In this document: positions 8,581 to 20,013 of the stretch, one piece after another
Layout: each line of letters begins with the position of its first letter
How positions within the stretch are numbered: the stretch's first letter is position 1
From: a virus
DNA: 64,000 nt
IMG/VR virus record: IMGVR_UViG_3300018933_000001
Coordinates: 32,001-96,000 of that record
Reading direction: 5' to 3' (one strand)
The notes under the pieces: generated by a model
The model's input: only the letters and a program-made list of their open reading frames with translations
Told to the model about the DNA's origin: nothing
Database searches by the model: none
Position numbers and translations under genes: made by a program

Positions 8581-9586
8581 ACTTAGTAAGGAGAAACAAA
8601 TAATGAACTGGCAAACTAAAGAAGTTAGAGATTGGTTAGATGAAACAGGTATTAAAAACTCTGAAAGAGAAGATATAGCTAAGTTACAAGAGTTAGTAGA
8701 ATCCCGTTTATTAGTTCAAGGAAACATTGGTTATACAGACCGAATAAAAAATCTAGCGGTGTTGTTATTTTTAAAGCACGTCCAATGGAGCCAATTGCTT
8801 CATTATGATTATGTAGTTAAAGGAGGATGAAACTAGACGAGTGTTCGCTACGCTCGTCTTCGAGAACTCTCTATCAACAGTACGGGAAAATAATTATGCT
8901 GCAATCACAAACAATTTCTACTACTGAACTACTAGAATTTTTAAAATCTTTAGTAGATGAAAGAGGTTTTGCTACTAAAACTTTTAGAGATTGGGAAGAA
9001 GAATCCTTTGGAGTTACAAGTATCTTCTTAAAGGATAATGAAAAAATAAAGTATTGCTTTAGAGTGTGTACTCTAGGAGAAACAGTTATGGCTTGTGTAA
9101 AGGGGTCTGAAAATGAATTGGTAGTCAACAAAAACACTCTTTGGGTTACTTTTGAAGAGTTTAAAAAATTAGTAGAAGGAAGCTAAGAAAATGCCTGCTT
9201 ATTCTACATCTACTAATGTCCGATACTCTGAAATCCCACAAGAGGTGATTGACTACTTAAGAATGGTTCCTGTTCGAGATTCTAATGTTGCTAGATGGAA
9301 AACGTACAAAGACTTTGGAGGATTGAGGAAAGGAGAACCAATAGTAGTTCCTCAATGTATTTCTGGCGATTATGCGGAAATTAATTTTTCTATTGCTGGT
9401 AACTCTGCTCTGGTTGGAGGACATACTTGGATTAATATCTATCAATCTATTTCAGATGTATGGACAGATGCTTATTGGGATGGTTGGATAGCTAACGGTA
9501 AAGTAGATTCACCTAAAGCTATTCAAGAAGCAGTTAGTAGAATTAAGTCAGAAAGATGGTGGACTAATTAAGTAGCAGGGAAAACT

Positions 9587-10168
9587 ATGACTCTAAAAAA
9601 GTGGAAAGAGTTAAATAGTGGGGAGGAAACCATGTCAGAAGATTATTATGTCAGTGACTTTGAGACAGTTTCGTTACCTAAAGAGCTTTACGATAAGTTA
9701 AGTAAGATAGCAGAAGAGAGATTTGGTTACACAGGTCGAGGAATAGTTTCTGATTTAATAGGGGGACTTGTTAATGTGGGGTTGGAAGAAGAAAAGATTA
9801 AAAGGAGAAAGAAAATGACTAATTGGGAATATGTTCAAGTAGATATCCCTAAAGGACTTTACGATAGAATTGCAAGATTTGCTGATGTAGAAAGGGTAAT
9901 AGTTCAAGATATGACAGAATGGGTAGAAATAATGGAAGATGAAGAAAGAAGAGTTGAGATAGAAACAAGTAAAGTAAAGTTTCAAATCAGTAAGAAAGGA
10001 GAATGTTATTTTGAAGTAACAGCTCTTAAAGAAGAAGACCAAAATAATGATTTTATAGGTGTGTTTGAAAGTATTTGTACTGAAGAAGCTCTACTAAGAG
10101 TGGCTAAAGACGGTTATGGAATAGAATCAGATGAGATTGAGTTCGTTAAAGGTGCATCTAATGGCTAG
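9587..10168 (+). CDS. Ribbon-helix-helix-like DNA-binding protein fused to a paralogous small domain
   Basis: Two RHH-like units (VSLPKELYDKLSKIAEE; VDIPKGLYDRIARFAD); C-terminus resembles ORFs 10131 and 12981. Confidence 0.55.
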   Translation: MTLKKWKELNSGEETMSEDYYVSDFETVSLPKELYDKLSKIAEERFGYTGRGIVSDLIGGLVNVGLEEEKIKRRKKMTNWEYVQVDIPKGLYDRIARFADVERVIVQDMTEWVEIMEDEERRVEIETSKVKFQISKKGECYFEVTALKEEDQNNDFIGVFESICTEEALLRVAKDGYGIESDEIEFVKGASNG

Positions 10169-10858
10169 ATTTAAAGTAGGTTATCTTTCACGTCCAGGTA
10201 TGGGCAGTTGGTGGTATGTAGAAGGAGTTACCTATGAAGATGAGCAACATCCTTTTGCTAAACAACAGTTATTTGACGGAGACTTGAGTTTTGAGTCTTT
10301 TCTATGGCAAGCTAAAAGACAATTTAATGTAGAGAATCATGAGATTAAACGTTGTCAATAAAGACAGATAATTAAGCAAATTAGTTCTAAGAAGATACTC
10401 GACATCATTTTCTAGTTTAAAGTGTCTTAAACGAGCAAATAAAGGCATCTGAGAGGACATTATGAGTACAACACCTAGGAAAGTTACCGGAACAGTAGTT
10501 TTAACCATAACTTATGGATTTGTAGGTTATTGGGGAAAAGGTTTTGTAAATTCGACAGCAAGTGCTACCTGGCAGTTTGATTTTAAAGACCAAGATATAA
10601 CTATCATGGTTGCGGGATTAAGAGAAAAACTAAAAAGTAAACTTCATGAGGAACTTACACTGGCAGAGCGACAAAAGTTTGGTGCTAATGCTGAGATGAT
10701 TTTTAAATTCTATAATGTGATATCGGAAGCTCAAATGTTTATACCTTAACAATCGGAAAGATACTATGACAGAAGTAGAGCAAACAAGGTCACATTACTT
10801 ATCGGACTCTTTAGAGAAGCAATTTTCTGACAGTTTTTTACATTAGGAGAATAATCAA

Positions 10859-11317
10859 ATGAACTCTGAAAAGCCTCAAAAACTAGAGGAAACTGCTATG
10901 AACCAACTAATTCAAAGCAAACAGTATTTTGAGAAATGGGGAGTAAAGACTTTAAATCTGCAACAGTACCTCGAAAATCAAAAGAAACTGCGACAATCTA
11001 TTCAACAATTAAACAGTATACGTCCTCAGTTAGAGAAATATGTGAAAGATTATATCAAAGATAAAGAGTTGTTATCTCAAGTAAAGGTTTCTCGTATTGC
11101 TGAAATGACTTTTGTTCACATTCTTGAATATAAAGGTTATAGCGGTGTTATAGAGGTAGATGTTGAAGAAAATATGCTTTGTGGTAAAGTGATTGATATT
11201 AAAGACGTTATTACTTTTAAAGCTGAAACCGTAGAACAAGCGAAGATAGAGTTTGCTAAATCTGTAGATGATTATCTTGAGTTCTACCAAGAGTTAAAAA
11301 ATGAAGGTGAGTTATGA
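10859..11317 (+). CDS. Protein with C-terminal HicB-family antitoxin domain
   Basis: LEYKGYSGVIEVDVEENMLCGKVIDIKDVITFKAETVEQAKIEFAKSVDDYLEF closely matches the HicB N-terminal domain pattern. Confidence 0.75.
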   Translation: MNSEKPQKLEETAMNQLIQSKQYFEKWGVKTLNLQQYLENQKKLRQSIQQLNSIRPQLEKYVKDYIKDKELLSQVKVSRIAEMTFVHILEYKGYSGVIEVDVEENMLCGKVIDIKDVITFKAETVEQAKIEFAKSVDDYLEFYQELKNEGEL

Positions 11318-11808
11318 AATTTGAAAAACTGATTAGATGGAAACGAAACTCTTCAGGAAATCTATTCTTAGAAGTTTTGCAGTTATTACCTGACTCGGAT
11401 AAAGCTAGTTGGGTAAATTACACTCAAGCAACTCATAAGCAACCTGATTATCAAATGCCCGGTGTGACTATGAGTAAAGGGTTTGCTACTGCTCAGAAGT
11501 ACCTTAAATTAGGTTATAAGTACATTAGTTATCAAAAAGAGTTTACTATGTCTTACATTGAATTACTCACTGAGTTTGTAGAAGGAACAGTTACAGTAGA
11601 CCAGTTCCAAGAATCATTTCTAAATAAGTTCAAGCAAGAAGAATCTTTTGTATCTGATGAAGAGTTTAAGATATTAGATACATTCTTTGGAGATGTAGAT
11701 TCTTACTGTGATGAAGATACCGAATTGTTTAACCCTGATTTCGATTTAACAGAAGAAGAACTAAGACAATCTGCTCAAGAAACACTTACTTTACTAAAAG
11801 CACTCTAA
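11314..11808 (+). CDS. Fusion: cyanobacterial-type small domain + colicin-D-type immunity domain (internal ATG at 11548)
   Basis: C-terminal YIELLTEFVEGTVTVDQFQESFLNKFK...ILDTFFGDVDSY...LTEEELR fits the colicin-like self-immunity four-helix family. Confidence 0.6.
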   Translation: MKFEKLIRWKRNSSGNLFLEVLQLLPDSDKASWVNYTQATHKQPDYQMPGVTMSKGFATAQKYLKLGYKYISYQKEFTMSYIELLTEFVEGTVTVDQFQESFLNKFKQEESFVSDEEFKILDTFFGDVDSYCDEDTELFNPDFDLTEEELRQSAQETLTLLKAL

Positions 11809-11810
11809 CT

Positions 11811-12368
11811 ATGACAACTCTACTAAACTTATTCAAAAATGTTCAATCTACTGAAGATGCTGGCCTTAAGCATACTTTAGAGGTAATGTTTGCTAAATCT
11901 GCTGCTCAAATACCTGAAGATAGTAATTACTACTATGAAAATCAAGATAAAGTAGTTCTTCAAGGTTCTGCTATTAAGTCACTTGAGCCTCTGAGATACT
12001 TAACTAATGTGAAGATTTTAGTATTAGAAGACAACAGTATTAGTGATATATCTCCTCTCTTTGACTTACCTAATCTACAACATCTCAACTTAATAGGTAA
12101 TGAGATTAGTTCAGTAGATGGGATTGCTAAGCTACAGTCATTAGAAGAGTTGTATTTAGGACTTAATTTAATTAAAGATATTACTCCTCTTAGTACCTTA
12201 ACTAATTTAAGAATGTTAGGACTTAGAGGTAACGTGAGGATATCTGATATAAGTTCCTTAACTAAGCTAACTAATTTAGTAGAAGTAAACTTATCTGGTA
12301 CTTCTGTTAGTCAGGAAGATGCGAATACTTTATTTGGTGCATTACCTGGATGTAAGGTCATAATTTAA
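11811..12368 (+). CDS. Leucine-rich repeat protein (internalin-like repeats)
   Basis: Tandem ~22-aa LxxLxLxxNxIxDIxPL repeats. Confidence 0.85.
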   Translation: MTTLLNLFKNVQSTEDAGLKHTLEVMFAKSAAQIPEDSNYYYENQDKVVLQGSAIKSLEPLRYLTNVKILVLEDNSISDISPLFDLPNLQHLNLIGNEISSVDGIAKLQSLEELYLGLNLIKDITPLSTLTNLRMLGLRGNVRISDISSLTKLTNLVEVNLSGTSVSQEDANTLFGALPGCKVII

Positions 12369-12376
12369 TTGTTTTT

Positions 12377-12399
12377 ACTAGGGAGGAGACTAACCTAGT
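12377..12399 (+). repeat. Conserved-loop hairpin family copy
   Basis: ACTAGG-GAGGAGACTAA-CCTAGT. Confidence 0.6.
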
Positions 12400-12706
12400 T
12401 TTGCTTAACCCATTAGTAAATTAAGGAGTTCATCATGAAACCTAAGTATTCAGCAAGTATTGGTCTTTCTGGAAGCACGTTTGTAGATATCTACTTTGCT
12501 CAACCACTGTCTCCTGAGACTACTAAGTTAATTAAGGAGTTAGAGAGGTTTAATGGTATCAAAATAAAGAATCAACCTAGTGCTATTGGTTTTTGGATTA
12601 CTTTTCCACCTATTTGGGATAAAGATGAAATAGTACAAGAAGTTGTGAATATTCTAGTCTTAGAAGGTTTTGATAGAACTAGCATTTTAGTCAAGTAATA
12701 AGTCGA

Positions 12707-12731
12707 ATAGTAGAAGGTAACTAACTACTAT
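12707..12731 (+). repeat. Conserved-loop hairpin family copy
   Basis: ATAGTAG-AAGGTAACTAA-CTACTAT. Confidence 0.6.
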
Positions 12732-13215
12732 AAGTTAGGAGAAAAATGACTGAACAAAAAGATTTAGAAAAGGTTATGACTTCTTGGAGAGATACACATG
12801 AAAATATTTTCCTTCAAGCTCATATCAATCATGTAATTAGAGTTTTTGGCATATGTCCAAATATTCCATCTGATAAAGTTCAATTAGTAATAGAAAGAGC
12901 TAAGAAACATTATGAGAGATTTCCTGACCAAATAGATATCCTAGAACAAGAGATTGCCAAGTTAGTAGGAACTAATCACTATGACTAGATTCAAAGTAAC
13001 AACATATCCTTGGAATCCAGATGGTTTAAGAGATTGTTCTGAGTTTGATAGTTACCTAGTAGAAGCTATCAGTCTGGAAGATTCTAGTCACGAGTGCTTA
13101 GGAAAATATAATGGATGTGGAAAGATTGAACTACTCAGAAGATTGAAGGAACATTATCAAGTAGAAGAATCTGAATTGTTTTTTACTTAGTTAGTAGTTA
13201 GTTACGAAATTAATA

Positions 13216-13250
13216 GACCTCTGCTCTTTATTGGGTAGAGGTTGTTTTTT
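13216..13250 (+). terminator. Intrinsic terminator
   Basis: GACCTCTGCTC/GGGTAGAGGTT stem followed by GTTTTTT. Confidence 0.6.
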
Positions 13251-13649
13251 ATATTAGTAGGAAAAAATACTATGGGCGGTCAAACTAAAGTAGATTGTAA
13301 TAGTTTAGTAGTAAATACGGAATTAGGTACGCAGTTTATTATTAAAGTCACAGAGTTTTATGCAAGTAATAGTGAAGGTACTTTTTATATAGATAGTTGT
13401 TATAAAGAAACCGAAGACGCAAACTTTAATGGATTTATGGAGTATCTAAAAGTAGATGTATTCACTGAAGAGTGGAAGAGTAGAAAGAGGTTTGCTTTAG
13501 AATATAGAACTCCAGACTTTGGAAAACGAATATACACGTTTAGCTGGACATCTAGAGCAAACAGTCAACGTAGAGTAGAAAAGATAGATTTTATTCCACT
13601 ATCTCTCTACCCTTGTACCATTTAACGTCAGTTCTTCAGGAGTAAATAA

Positions 13650-14243
13650 ATGCTTAAAGTAGTTAAAACTAAGATTACTCAAGAGGAATTTATCAAAGAA
13701 GTAGAAGCACTATTTCCTAGTAAGTTTACTGAAGAAGGTTTAAGAGTTTTATTTGATAAGATTGATGATTGTGGAGAAGGTGAATATGAGTTATCTAAAA
13801 TTGGGGACGATTTTGAGGAGTGGACATTTAAGAGATATCAAGACTATATAGTTGAGAGATATGGAAAAGTAGGAGATGTGTATGATGAACCAATGGGTAA
13901 GAAAGAGTTAGAAAGTTTCTTAAATGAGGAAGTTCATGAAGACGATTGGAGTGATTCAGTAGTGGATTTTACAGATTCTACTATTATATTTTCTACTTAC
14001 TACACTTCTCAGCTAGCTTATGAACTCAAGAAGATGTATGAAAGGATGAGGACTCTATCTATTGAAAAGTTTTGTGAGGAATTTGATTGTACTCAGGATA
14101 CTATTGAAGAGGTATTTAATAGATATAGAGATGGAGGAGCTTTAGATTTTAGTCTTATCAATAATAAGGAGATTCAAATCGTTCATCTAACTTACAGAGG
14201 TAAGACAGATACAGAGATAACTTTTGAACAATTTGAGGTCTAA
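13650..14243 (+). CDS. Hypothetical protein, paralogous to 62238..62555
   Basis: KFTEEGLRVLF vs RFTVEGKNVIF; both have a ...FTDSTII / FTKDTVV segment. Confidence 0.65.
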   Translation: MLKVVKTKITQEEFIKEVEALFPSKFTEEGLRVLFDKIDDCGEGEYELSKIGDDFEEWTFKRYQDYIVERYGKVGDVYDEPMGKKELESFLNEEVHEDDWSDSVVDFTDSTIIFSTYYTSQLAYELKKMYERMRTLSIEKFCEEFDCTQDTIEEVFNRYRDGGALDFSLINNKEIQIVHLTYRGKTDTEITFEQFEV

Positions 14244-15051
14244 CAATGAATCAAGACATTCTATACGTTACTTTTATCTTAGGAATTAAGAGACACGTTT
14301 TCTTATTACCTCTGAAGTCTATTAAGAAGCTAGAAGCAGCAGGGTTAGAAGTAGGTAGAATTTATAAGTTAAATGTTTCTTCTCCTACTTTTTTAGTGTT
14401 CTATAGGTATGTCAGAGAGATTTACGGGTTTTTAGAAAGCACTTTCATTGTAGTTACTGAGAAAGCTTTAAACCCTAATAAAGCGACTATAACTCAGATT
14501 AAAGAGGATGTTATTAGCAGCCATTTATTAACTGTTGAGGAAGATTCGTTAGTAGAAAAGATTGTATTTTTTCCAGATATTTGTGAACTAGAAAATGAAG
14601 AGGAAGATGCTGAGTATCAAGAAGAATTGAAAAGAGCAGAGATGATAGATTCTCTTGTCACCACTTTACCTGAAGAATATAGAGATACAGATATTAAGGA
14701 GTGAGACATGAGTTTCTTTAGTAGATTTTTTAATATTAATAAAGTAGAAACTCCTGATGAAAATATTCTAGATAGATTTGAGAGGTTAGAGAACGAGAAA
14801 GATTGCTATATTTACAACGGTTTTGTCATTAAACTATCTCCTTTAAGAGAACATACTTATCCGGAACAGCAGGTTATCTGGGTATATGACTTATATGAGG
14901 CTAAATACGAAGGTGATAAAGTCAGCAAAGGAACTCATCACCAATATTACTTAGTAAAAGGAGGTAAAGAAGAAGCTATGGTTCGTGCTTGTGAACGAAT
15001 AGAAGAAACTATTTTGAATGAAGCAGGTATAAGAACAATTAAGGAGTAAAA

Positions 15052-15378
15052 ATGAGTAGAAATCTTTGTCAGTCTAGTTGTTGTGATAATGTTCTCCGTA
15101 TATCTGATTTAAGAGGTAAACCTATTGAATTTCGTAGATACTAAAAGAGTCCTCCAGTTATAGGTACTCGCTGGGACTGTCCTACTTGTAAAACTGCTTA
15201 TTTTGCTTGGTGGAGAGAAGGTCGGTGGTATCATTCTACTAATACATACGGAAACTTTGTAATTGACCTTAGTTATTATGAATCTTTTAACGATGAACCG
15301 GGTTGTCCAGAAGAGATGGATAATCCGAGATATTTGTGTTTAGATAATGCTGAAGATGTACAAGATATTTGGGGGTAG
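15052..15378 (+). pseudogene. Cys-rich protein interrupted by in-frame TAA at 15142-15144
   Basis: ATG with AAGGAG RBS; the same frame continues past the stop (KSPPVIGTRWDCPTCKTAYF...) to TAG 15376-15378. Confidence 0.6.
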
Positions 15379-15380
15379 TT

Positions 15381-15913
15381 ATGGAATGGTCAGATATTTC
15401 TAGATTTTCAGCTTGGGGTAGATATACTTGCGATGTGACTTGGAATGACTTAGAATATCAAATCCAGCGATACATTGAAGAGTACAACCTTAACTTAGAC
15501 CCTGATTTTCAAAGAGGTCACGTTTGGTCAGAAGAGAAAAGATTGCTTATATCGAATATGTTCTAAAAGGTGGAAATCAAAATAGACACATTATCTTCAA
15601 TCATCCGGGTTGGTTTACTAACTTCAAAGGAGAGATGACTTTAGTAGATGGAAAGCAAAGATTAGAGTCTACCAGAAGATTTCTCAATAATGAGTTACCA
15701 GTATTTAATGGAATTTATAGAAAAGACTTTACTAGAAATGGGGGACTAAGCAGTAGAATTTCTTCTGATATTTGTTTTAAGTTCTATATCAATGACTTGC
15801 GTACTAGAAAAGAGTTGTTGCAGTTTTACTTAGATTTAAATACTGGTGGAGTTGTTCACACTGATGAAGAGATTAATAGAGTTAAAGAGTTATTAGCAAA
15901 GGAAGGAAGTTAA
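15381..15913 (+). pseudogene. DUF262 (GmrS/ParB-Srx-like) protein split by a frameshift at the A-run 15537-15540
   Basis: LDPDFQRGHVW in ORF 15369 joins KIAYIEYVLKGG...VDGKQRL in ORF 15524 if one A is added. Confidence 0.75.
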
Positions 15914-15915
15914 TT

Positions 15916-16482
15916 ATGGAAGTCATTGGATTAGTAGGACACATTGAAAGCGGAAAGAATCACATTGCAAGTCTATTGGAGAAGCAATATGGTTATAAAT
16001 GCTTGATGATGGCGGGATTGGCTAAATTTATAGTATCTCAAATTGAAGGTATCTCTTTAGAACAGTTAGAAGATAGGAAATATAAAGAAGAATTTCGTCC
16101 TAAAGTTAAAGCTGCTGCTGAATCTCTTAAAAAAGCATTAGGAGAAACTGTTCATTGTAAATATGTTGATAACCTAATCAATCAACTTTGTTTTACTGAA
16201 AATAGATACTCAAGATTTGTTATATCTGATATTCGATGGCCATACGAGTATCTATTTTTTAGAGAACGATTTAGGTTAATAAAAACTCCTATCGATTTCA
16301 AAATTCTAAAAGTAGAAAGCGATTTAATAGATAAGACCAAAGCTAATAAAGTAGAAAGTGAGTCTTATATTGATACTTATTTCTCTCAACATAACGATGG
16401 AATAATCTTTAATGGTGAAGAACAAAGATATGACAGAGATAATTTAGATTTGATTGGTCAATTAGTTAAGTTTGTAAATTAA
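15916..16482 (+). CDS. Deoxynucleoside monophosphate kinase-like P-loop protein
   Basis: VIGLVGHIESGKN P-loop, VISDIRWPYE and ESE motifs. Confidence 0.7.
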   Translation: MEVIGLVGHIESGKNHIASLLEKQYGYKCLMMAGLAKFIVSQIEGISLEQLEDRKYKEEFRPKVKAAAESLKKALGETVHCKYVDNLINQLCFTENRYSRFVISDIRWPYEYLFFRERFRLIKTPIDFKILKVESDLIDKTKANKVESESYIDTYFSQHNDGIIFNGEEQRYDRDNLDLIGQLVKFVN

Positions 16483-16491
16483 TAAGGAGTT

Positions 16492-17385
16492 ATGTATATG
16501 TCTAATAAGCTTACTGGAATCATTTATAGAGCTTATAACATTGTTTCTGGTAAGTCTTACATAGGACAAACAACTGGCTCGTTGGAAATTAGAAGAAGTA
16601 AACATTTGACAAATGCTAAGAGATTTAACTTTAAATTTGCAAATGCTTTAAAAGCTTATCCCAGAGAATGCTGGCAATGGAGTATTTTAATAGAGGTAGA
16701 AGTAGAAAAACTTAATGAATATGAGAGATTCTTTATTGCTGATTTAGATACTCAAAATAATGGATATAACTGCTACTCCGGAGGTTCGGGTAGCCAAAAT
16801 TATGATTTTATAGTTAACTCTACTAAATGCTCTAAAGTCTATGAACTATATCATCCTGATTTTGGGTTAATTTCCGGTACTAGGAGTGAGTTAATTAACC
16901 TAAATCCAGTTTTTCAAGAGATTCATAAATTAGTTAGTGGAAGAAGAATACACCTGACGGGCTGGGTTTTAGCTGAGAATAAAGATAACTATCCTAATCT
17001 TCGTAAAAAACATGACAGAAATAAAGCATACCGTTTTTATCATGTAGATTTTGGTACTATTACTCTCACTTTTAATGAGTTTTGTGAGAAGTATTTAGAT
17101 AAAAAAGAGAACAAGGTGTTTATACGAAGACTTATAAACGGAAGTCGTAAGCAATACCTTGGTTGGATAATGAATGAAAACAAAGAAAACTATGTAGAAT
17201 TAGTGTCTTTACAGTATAAAGTCCCCACAATTTATACTCTTACTCATAAAGAATATGGGACTCATTCTTTAACTAGAGCAGAGTTTGTAGAAAGGTTTGG
17301 AATTAATGGTTTTAAAATTTATGACTTAGCTCGAAAGACTAGAAAAAGTCATAAGGGCTGGATATTAGCAAAGGAAGAAGATTAA
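16492..17385 (+). CDS. Free-standing GIY-YIG homing endonuclease
   Basis: GIIY...SYIGQT, R, E and NGYN motifs; three C-terminal HxxFG...GW DNA-binding repeats. Confidence 0.85.
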   Translation: MYMSNKLTGIIYRAYNIVSGKSYIGQTTGSLEIRRSKHLTNAKRFNFKFANALKAYPRECWQWSILIEVEVEKLNEYERFFIADLDTQNNGYNCYSGGSGSQNYDFIVNSTKCSKVYELYHPDFGLISGTRSELINLNPVFQEIHKLVSGRRIHLTGWVLAENKDNYPNLRKKHDRNKAYRFYHVDFGTITLTFNEFCEKYLDKKENKVFIRRLINGSRKQYLGWIMNENKENYVELVSLQYKVPTIYTLTHKEYGTHSLTRAEFVERFGINGFKIYDLARKTRKSHKGWILAKEED

Positions 17386-17386
17386 T

Positions 17387-18244
17387 ATGCCTACATTAAA
17401 AGAATCATTACAATCAAAAGTAGATACGTTACAGGTAGGTTACATTACTCATTTACATACTTATTCACCAGATAAACTTCAGGCAGTAGCAGCTAGGTCG
17501 ATATGGAATGACCCTAGAATATACAAACCTATCTTCTCATTAGATAATCTAGGCATAAATAAAACACTTAAGTCAGTAGTTCTAGAAGTAAGGGACTCAA
17601 TAGCTAGAATTTACTATATATTAGACTCATCTTGCTTCTTCATTGACTTTGAATGTGACTACCAGACATTAGAATTAATAAAAGAACTACCTACGGAGGT
17701 CATTTACTATTTAAGGATATTGTGTAGTAAGAAAGGTAGATTAGAGTTAATAGGGAGAGAAGATAACTTATATCTACTATTTGAAGATACTTTTCCTTCT
17801 AAGATGAGTACGAAAGAAAGAAAGGAGAAAGAAGTAGATAAGTATGTTCTATCTATCTCACTCAAGGAAGTAAATGAGTTAGATTCCTCAGTTATTGAGT
17901 TTGTTAAGGAAGTAGTCGAGTTAGATGTAGTAAGTCATATAGTTAAAGAGAATCTTAGCTTACCTATAGACCTTAGCACTATATCTATCAACAAAGAACC
18001 TATCGAGTATTGGGGTTCGTTAGTAAGTACACCTAAAGGAGATTTCAAGATAGTAGATACATCAGGTATTAACTCTACTTTAGTGATATGTCCCGTAGAA
18101 GTAAGCATGAGACAATCTACTACCTTAACTAATGAAGTAGTACAGGAACTTAATCTTGAGGAAGGTACATCAGAACCTTTATCTGAACCAACAGAAGATG
18201 AGCTAGAACTATTACACGACATTATGGAAGAAGTATATGAGTAG
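17387..18244 (+). CDS. Hypothetical protein
   Basis: 285-aa ORF. Confidence 0.75.
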   Translation: MPTLKESLQSKVDTLQVGYITHLHTYSPDKLQAVAARSIWNDPRIYKPIFSLDNLGINKTLKSVVLEVRDSIARIYYILDSSCFFIDFECDYQTLELIKELPTEVIYYLRILCSKKGRLELIGREDNLYLLFEDTFPSKMSTKERKEKEVDKYVLSISLKEVNELDSSVIEFVKEVVELDVVSHIVKENLSLPIDLSTISINKEPIEYWGSLVSTPKGDFKIVDTSGINSTLVICPVEVSMRQSTTLTNEVVQELNLEEGTSEPLSEPTEDELELLHDIMEEVYE

Positions 18245-18931
18245 TGAAGATTATCTACCTATTGATATAAGGATAAGCAATCTAATCTCTTCCCTTAAAG
18301 AGGTAGGAATTGATTTAAAAGATGCAAATATTCAGAAAGAGATACAGAGAGTAATTCTAGATATACTGACTTCTTCTAAGGTTGTTGTAGATACTTCAGA
18401 CACAACTAACTATATAACTATAGTAGCAAGAGCCGAGCAATTAGGTTATAAATTTAAAAATGAAAAGCACAAAGAAATGTTAGAGTCATTTGCGGGCAAG
18501 TTGTTTTGGGAAGGTAATATAAATTTAAAATGGAAAAGACCTGAAGATAACTCTCCTATTCCTATTTGGTTAGTAACCCTTGAATTAGACAAGGCTATTC
18601 ATAAATTTTTTACTACTAATGAAGATGAGTAATTTAGATGAAGCACTTTCACATACAAGACTATTAATAGACCAAGATACTTATCATAAAGACATAGATG
18701 AACCTACCCCATTAGCAGATAAAGTAGCATTAGTAGCTGAAGTAAAGCAGATGTTAGTAGATGACCTATTATCTCAAGGAGTACATTTATCAACTATCTT
18801 ATTTGCTTGGGATATGGCTGAAAGTACAGAAGGAGCAGATGAGGCACTTAATAAAGGGTTCTTATATAGTGTACTTAGCAACATTCAAGATTTAGAAGAG
18901 TATTACTCAGAGAGACTAGGGGATGATTTAG

Positions 18932-19129
18932 GTGTACTGTTCTAAATGTAAAGGAGACATCTACTTAACTAAAACTATGTTAACTATCAAAGGAAGTGAT
19001 AAATCTATAACATTAAAAGTTCCTACCTATATGTGTACTGTATGTAAGAAGATGACTTTTAAGAAGAAGGTTATAGATAAGTTAGAAAGAATCAGATTAG
19101 CTTTAACTCATCAAATCTATCCAAGTTAA
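18932..19129 (+). CDS. YgiT/MqsA-type zinc-finger protein (orphan antitoxin-like)
   Basis: CSKC...ITLKVPTYMCTVC...F...VIDKLE pattern of the MqsA N-terminal domain. Confidence 0.65.
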   Translation: MYCSKCKGDIYLTKTMLTIKGSDKSITLKVPTYMCTVCKKMTFKKKVIDKLERIRLALTHQIYPS

Positions 19130-19137
19130 AAAGTTTG

Positions 19138-19146
19138 TGCTATATT
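19138..19146 (+). promoter_or_regulatory. Extended -10 promoter candidate
   Basis: TGCTATATT about 30 nt upstream of ATG 19178. Confidence 0.4.
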
Positions 19147-19177
19147 GTGAATACACGTAGTTTGGGATTAGTGAATA

Positions 19178-19990
19178 ATGACAATTCAAATGGTTCAGAA
19201 GGAAGTAGATGGAATTGAGTTTTATGTATCAGCAGACGGAACTCAAAGTGGAATGAGTGAAAGTGGTTTAGCTAGAATGTCAGGAGTTGACAGGTCTAGT
19301 GTTCACAACCTACTTCAGAAAGCTGCTGCGGATAAAAAGGTTCCGGAAACTCTGAAACCTATATTAGGTAAGGATTTCTACCTACTAATAGGTGCGGATA
19401 AAAACGCTCAAGTAGTGCCAGCAAATATTTGTGCCTTAGTAATTGAGTATTACGCTTTTGAAAGTAAAGCTGCTAATGAAACAGCTAGATTCTCTTTTCG
19501 CAAATTTGCTAGTAAAGGAATTAGTTCTTGGATTAAAGAAATAACAGGTTATAAAGAAGACCAAATTCCAGAGTCTAAAGAAATACTTTCTATCTTGAAA
19601 GAAGTATTAACTAAAGTAGATAGCTTAGAAAAAGACTCAAAAGAATATAGAAATCTTAAAGGTAGAAGTGTCCAAGTTTTTCCTGCTTTAGATAAAACAC
19701 TTGAAGAGTTTGCTATTGAAGGAGAGTCATTACTTGAAGAGAATCCACAGAACTACACTCTTACTGAATGGGTGCATCTAACAAAGAGAGGCATTACTCT
19801 TGATAATTCTACTAAACATAGGTTTGCTTTGTTAGTTAGTGAAACTTATAAGAGCGTAACAGGTAATGAGCCTAAGAAAGAACATAGACAAGATAAAGAA
19901 ACTAAGAAGAGAAATAATAGTGTATCTGTTTATAGTTATACTGAGTTTCCCATTCTTCAGTTAGCTTGGAATAAGTTGTTTAATGTTTAA
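19178..19990 (+). CDS. Antirepressor/KilA-like DNA-binding protein of cyanobacterial type
   Basis: GIEFYVSADG.QSGMSESGLARMSGV HTH-like N-terminus and FASKGISSWIKEITGY, a pattern typical of cyanobacterial mobile-element proteins. Confidence 0.55.
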   Translation: MTIQMVQKEVDGIEFYVSADGTQSGMSESGLARMSGVDRSSVHNLLQKAAADKKVPETLKPILGKDFYLLIGADKNAQVVPANICALVIEYYAFESKAANETARFSFRKFASKGISSWIKEITGYKEDQIPESKEILSILKEVLTKVDSLEKDSKEYRNLKGRSVQVFPALDKTLEEFAIEGESLLEENPQNYTLTEWVHLTKRGITLDNSTKHRFALLVSETYKSVTGNEPKKEHRQDKETKKRNNSVSVYSYTEFPILQLAWNKLFNV

Positions 19991-20013
19991 ATTTAACTAA
20001 GTGGATTATTATC

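Noticed and set aside
15142-15144. Genome-wide stop-codon reassignment
   Set aside because: TAA, TAG and TGA all end well-defined genes, the only tRNA is Lys(UUU), and this is an isolated internal stop.
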